From Eledone cirrhosa (Eukaryota), in contig OZ024742.1 of the NCBI GenBank assembly GCA_964016885.1, positions 211,234,001 to 211,298,000 of the forward strand: a stretch of 64,000 nucleotides of DNA. Direction: 5' to 3'. The stretch's first letter is position 1; each line of letters begins with the position of its first letter. A model generated the notes under the pieces. That model ran no database searches. It saw only the letters and a program-made list of their open reading frames with translations, and was not told where the DNA came from. Of this stretch, positions 57,741 to 64,000 are shown one piece after another. The translations under genes and the position numbers were made by a program.

Positions 57741-58969
57741 AATATGAATTAGTTTAACATTAAGGATGAATAAATCATTCAGAAATAAAGGCCTGACAAA
57801 TGACTACATTTTTATCCTGAAAGTTTCTACATTAATTAAAACAAGCTTAAATCTCATATTCTTCATCATTTTACCATTTAAAATCCATTATTCTTCATTT
57901 TTAGAGGTATATAATTTAAAAAGAACCTGAGCAAGATGTCAACAAAGTCATATATGCAGTTTAAGATGATTTTAGTAATATTGATTTGACATAGAACCAG
58001 CACTTAAATGACTTCAGTAATAGATATCCAGATGAAGTGACCAAACTGAAACTTTGAAATTACTCACACTTTTCTATCTAGAAAATAAAAATCACTCCCC
58101 ACCCACAAATAATCAGTGTTGATTCAGTTAATGTTTGAATGGCGTTTTAAATATGCATTCTATTCAACAGTACCAATCACACCTTCAACATTCCATCTGT
58201 ATGAACGATACTAAAATATCTACAAAGTTGTTACAAATCCACACTTTACACAGTGTTATATCATCATCACTGTTTAACGTCCACCTTCCATGCTAGCATG
58301 GATTAGACGAGTTGTCCCATTGTGAGAAACATCAGTTAGGTAACCACTTCTTGCATATACAGAACTGTTTCTGACTTGGTTTCTATGGCTGGATGCCTTT
58401 CCTAATGCCAACCATATTTACATCATGGACTGGGTGCTTTTTTATTGTGGCACCAAAACGACCAGTTGACAGGTTGGACTGGGTATGTTTTTATCATATC
58501 ACCAGCATGACCACAGAGTGGACCTTGTATTTTTGTTGTATATAGCTAAAACTACATTATCAATAGCTCAATTTCCTCTTCAGAACCAAAAACAGCTTTA
58601 GTTCTGATTCTATATTCCCATATTATTGAAATAAAAATAAAGTAAAAATAAAAAAACATTTATAAGGCCAATATTTTATTAGTTCATGTAGGTTCAATAT
58701 AGAATTATATAACTCAGGAGCAATGAATAGAAATCTCTAAAAATAGCAATATTATTTGCATATGATATTTTTTAGTAATATAGTATCTTTAAAAGAAAAT
58801 CATTTTAGTTTCATATTCATTTCTGATTGTTATAACAATGTATCATTGGATGAAAAACTAATTTTTATATAAGCAGATGAATATTTATATATGAATGCTA
58901 TATTTTATTTGACAATGAATAACATAGTTATGTTTCAACTATTTAGGATGAGGCCATATGTATAATGTG

Positions 58970-59053
<84 letters not shown>

Positions 59054-59259
59054 CACGTTTTGCTCTGTATTTTTTTTTTTTCCTTGTAAAGAAAATTTTT
59101 AACAGAGGACAATTTTAATATATCAGTATATTTTTAGGGGAATAATCATTTAAAAAGAAGCAACGTATATAGATTCAGCAATGTGCCTGATGTGTATGTG
59201 TGTATTGTCAAGCTCAGAATAGTGAAAAGCAACAGATGCACCACAATCAGGACTAAATA

Positions 59260-61945
59260 AAGAATAAAACAAGTTTATATGAAGATCTACAGATGACTTC
59301 AATAACAGATTATAGTGACTTCATCAATGGACATAGTAGTCAACACCAGAATGGCTACTTTGAAGTGTATGGTGACTAGAATTTTGCAATGTAATTTTCA
59401 AGAAACTGGCCAGCCATTTAATCACCAACCAATCAATCAGGCAAACACACGAGCCAGATTGACTTCTTGTTAATTAAAAATTGGGATAAACATGGTGACG
59501 TCTGTTAAGTCCTTTCTCCAAGAAGAATGGACTCCCCAACATAATTTAGTTATCTTTGATAAGAACAAAACAATCAGAATTGTAGAAAAGCTAGAAGAGG
59601 AGGAGGGTATGGAATATAAAAGACCTCACTGTTACATTTAAGTTCAGAAAAGCTCTAAGTTACATGCAGAATGAAAGAGAGGAGGGGATAAATACATGAC
59701 ATTGAGGACAATTGGAAGTTTCATAGGACAACTTACTGCAGGTTACCAATGAAATCAGTGGCTGGAGAAAGGTAGCAACTGGATTTAAAGGTGACTTGGT
59801 GGTGGAACAGTACTGTAGATAGAACCATTAAAGTTAAGAGACAGTATTGACTTGGGTGTTTAAACCTAGTGGAGTCCCTCTACAGGTATGAGACACAGTT
59901 GATTTCTTTCAGAGAAAAAAAGAGAGAGGAAGAATTAACCCTAGTACTGGACTGGTACTTTATCAACATCAGCAGAAGAGAACCAGGTCAAATACTCTAA
60001 AGTATTCTACCTGTTTTTCTTACAATTCTGTGAATTCATTACCTTAATTATATATATGTGTGTGTGTCTACACAAGTGGTGAATAGGCAGAGTTGTTAGA
60101 GCATCGTAGTATGTTTTTGCTCATTGCGTCTTGAGTTATTTAGACAGTTCTGAGTAGAGTTATATGAGAGGGGTTCCTCTAATTGAAAGATACACATACA
60201 CACACAAGAGGCCTCAAAATGTTATTATGAGAGACTGATGAATGTAGAGAATAAATGGGAGGAAGAGAAACTACTCCCAACCCACCCAACAGAAGGGCCA
60301 GCCATTGAACTTGACAGTTATAGGGTTAAAGAAGCAATCGGAGATGAAAAATAGTATAGCTGCAAGACCATCAGAGATAGTTGCTGAGATGCTAAAAGCA
60401 TTGGGAGAATAGGAGTCGAACTAGTAACCTGCATTGTCAATCAGGTAATCAGGACGGTGTCATATCCAATGACTGATGCAGCAGTACAATCGTAAATTGC
60501 TACAAGGGCAAAGGTGATGCCCTAGAAACTATAGAATAAAACTAATGGACCAAGTTATGAAAATGATGGAAAGAGTTATAGCACAACTAATTACAGAAAT
60601 AATCAAATTATACGAGATGCAGTTTGGTTTCATGCCTGGGAAAAGTACTACAGATGCCCTCTTTTTAGTGAGGCAACTACAAGAGAAATTCTTAGCCAAA
60701 AATAAGCCATTGTACCTAGCTTTCGTTGATCTAGAAAAAGCATTTGACATAGTACCCCAATCTATTATCTGGTCGTCCTTTAGGAAATTAGGCATAGAGA
60801 GCAGTGCAAGCCATGTACTGAGGAGCTACCAGTAAAGTGAGAGTAGGAAGTGAGTTTAGTGAGGAATTCAAGGTACAGGTAGAAATTTATCAAGGTTCAG
60901 TTCTTAGCCCACTACTATTCATTATAGTTCTCCAGGCTATAACAGAGTAGTTTAAGACTAGCTTCCCATGGGAACTTCTCTATGCAGGTGATCTGCTCCT
61001 TATAGCCAAATCCATTATAAAGAACCAGAAAATAAGTTCCAACTATGGAAACAGAATTTAGAGTGAAAACGCCCGAGAGTAAACTTAGCCAAAACTGAAG
61101 TGCTAGTGAGCAGGAGAGAAGATAAGACTCTGGTTCCTTCAGGAAAGTGGCCCTGCTCCATATGTAGAAAGGGAGTAGGCATAAACTTCATACGATGTAC
61201 ACAATGTAAATCTTGGATACCCAAGAGAGGTAGTAGGATAATGGGTAGACTAATAGGCATGGAAGATTTTGTTTGTAGATGCACAGGGTTAACCGAGCCA
61301 ATTATGTAAACCTATTCCAGCAACAGGAAAGACCCATAGAAGTGGTTGATAGCTTCTACTATCTAGGTGACGTAATTAGCAATGGAGGAAGGTGTTCTGA
61401 GAGCATAATAGCTAGAATAAGGATAGGATGGAAAAAGTTTAGAGAACTAGTCCCACTCTTGACTAGAAAAGGTTTCTCCCTACTTACAAAAGGACGACTG
61501 TAAGACACCTGCGTGCGAAGTACAATGCTGTATGGTAGTGAAACGAGATGTGATTGCAGATGACATGCATAGACTGGAGAGAAATGAAGCAACCATGCTC
61601 TGTTAGATGTGCAATGTAAGTGTGATAGAAAGGCAGAGATTGGATGAGTGGAAGGAGAAGTTGGGTTTAAGAGAAATCCAAGGTGGTGTGCAGGAGAGAA
61701 GACTGTGTTAGTTTGGACATGTGATGTGCATGGATAATGAACGTTGGGTGAAGAAGTACCAGTGGAAGGAAGCTGCAGTAGAAATAGACCAAGAAAGACC
61801 TGGGCAGAGGTTGTGAGAGCTGACCTCAAATAACAGACTCACAGAGGAGAGGTCAAAGGATCATGAGTGGAAAAATGGTGTGCTGAGAAGGACCCATCCA
61901 ACCCATGCTAACATGGAAAAACTGACATAAAAATGATGATGATGA
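59260..61945 (+). mobile_element. Decayed RTE LINE (endonuclease remnant through RT to tail)
   Basis: QFGFMPGKSTTDA, LAFVDLEKAFD, SGKWPCSICRKG and FYYLGD; tail gatgatgat at about 61935. Confidence 0.85.
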
Positions 61946-63199
61946 CATTACACACATATGCTTTTGTAGTGCTTGTGCCAGAATTTAAGATAATAGAATG
62001 GGCATTTCTTGAGATCAAGACTAGGAAGATACTAATTACCACTGGTTACTTCCATATTAACAATGATAATGATAGCATCTATGTTAAATGGAGACAGAGG
62101 CATTTAGTCAATCTAAATAGCCCACTCAGTCAACATCTGCTGAACAGTAAAAGGAAAAATGTGTACTCAACAGATAAAATAATATCTTAATAGATACTCT
62201 TAAGTGTACAGCTGTTCCATCTGATCCAAGAGTAGCGGGACTAATTTACTTAAACAGAAACTTGGAGAAGCATTTATATTAGCAGAAATTATGAATACAT
62301 ATCTCACAAACTATAGAATACTAACAGCATTTCCAGGAAAAATAGCCTCTTCTGGACCTGTGTAGATATATCACACCCCGCCTTGAAGCATATTCCTTCA
62401 TTATTTAGGAACAAAGTATAGCTAAATATTTCATCATCAAGAAAGATAAGGTTACCCCCAAATGTCCACATTGTGACAGAAAATCTCAATTGTGCCAAAC
62501 CAGTATGAAATATATCATCCACACCGGCATCAACTGCCCAAAAATGTCAAATACTAACTTTTCATGAAATATGAAATCACTATCATCATTGTTGTTTAAC
62601 ATTTATTTTGTATGCTTGTCATGTTATCAGGATGGAGTGGTCAGATGACCACATCTTGCTCATACGATCTGTTTTTGGCTTGGTTGGATGCTCTTTCTAA
62701 TGCCAACCTCTTTATGACATACTGGGATCATTTTATCTTGACTCTGGCACCACTGCCTTACAAGGTGGACTGAGTGTTTTTTGTTGCAGCAGCAGTATGA
62801 CACCTTGCAAAAACTATTTACAATATATCCACAGGAAAGATTGCCCTGATGGTCATACCAAAGGTACACCAGATCAAATTATATCTATACCTTAAAAGTA
62901 AAGCTCGCCAGTGGAACATTCTAATAAAAACAGCAATAGAATTGATGTTATTGTCTGGAGCAGGGAACAAAAGTCATGCACTGTTGTAGAAGCCAGTTAC
63001 CTTGCAGTTTAATAGTAATAATGCTGCACTTTTTACTTTCAGTAGTTTCTAGAACCCATGACTTAATGACATTCAAACCACCAATCAAACAGACATGATA
63101 AAAACTGTGGAACCTAATATTTTGTAGTTGTATGTGCGAGGTGATGATGATAGTAGGAATGCTCAAAATATATATATAGTAACTTTCAAAATATAGGTG

Positions 63200-63560
63200 T
63201 AGGCATGGCTTTGTGGTTAAGATGTCTGTTGAACAACTACATAGATCCAGTGTTGATCCCACTGTACCACACCTTTAGCAAGTTTCTTCTACTATAGTCT
63301 CCAAGTTGCCCAATACCTTGTGAGTATTTGGCAGGCAAAAACTGGGCAGAAGCTCAGCATATACGTCTCTGTGTGTTTATGTTTGGTAACACCAACAGTT
63401 GAAACAAAGAAGAGGGGGGTGGGGTGGCGTAGCTGTTGTATATTAATAAGGTAACTTGGCCATTTGATAAAATAGATACCATAATAAATACTCGAGTTGA
63501 TGTGATCAACTAAAACTCTTCAAGGCAATGCCCCAACATAGCTGCAGTCAAATGACTGAA
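63200..63560 (+). mobile_element. Second SINE family, decayed
   Basis: gtaggcatggctttgtggttaag...gtgttgatcccactg, a tRNA-like head. Confidence 0.5.
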
Positions 63561-64000
63561 ACCAGTAAAAGAATAGAATGTTAAACAATTAAAATGAGGT
63601 TTGGAAAAGGTAAAATAAATATTCAAGTAAAAAGACACTTCAATTTAGCTTGGAGTGTTTGAGAAAAATAAAAAGCAAATAAATGAAAAGTAAACAAAAG
63701 GTTATTTTTCAAAATATATTTTGCTATCCTATAGAATGAGATGATTTTATCATGTACTAAGAATATTTTATACTTTTAATTGAAGTCATTGAGTCGTTAT
63801 AAGCATCTTTATAAGTAAATGAGTTAAATATTTTTAGAATTTACTTTTAAATGCTTTAACAACTTTTGTAATACATATGCATGTGTTTGTTTTCACATAC
63901 AAAGGCAAATCTGAATAAGTTTTTAAAAAAGAAATGTTTAAAAAAATTATTAGTTTCAAAAGTAAAGGTAAAACTTGAGAATATATAAATTATATACAAA

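Overview
AT-rich, repeat-dense animal genomic DNA; the RTE LINEs with (GAT)n tails, tRNA-derived SINEs, Penelope elements and (TA)n/(CA)n tracts suggest a cephalopod such as octopus (inference). The one host gene I can support is a minus-strand WD40 gene resembling WDR88, with six phase-compatible exons from 29683 down to 9708; I found no further 3' exons. The rest is mostly nested mobile DNA: RTE, CR1, Tx1-like and CRE-like LINE fragments, Penelope elements and their inverted repeats with minimal hammerhead ribozymes, MITEs, SINEs and a cluster of Ty3/Gypsy LTR elements (30.6-55.1 kb). The standout is a Mag-like Gypsy element (47001-55095, minus strand). It keeps both LTRs, PBS, PPT, gag and protease, but its RT, RNase H and integrase core are replaced by an intronless copy of the piRNA-pathway gene maelstrom, fused in frame to the integrase C-terminal remnant. 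All calls come from reading the sequence by eye; no searches were run.
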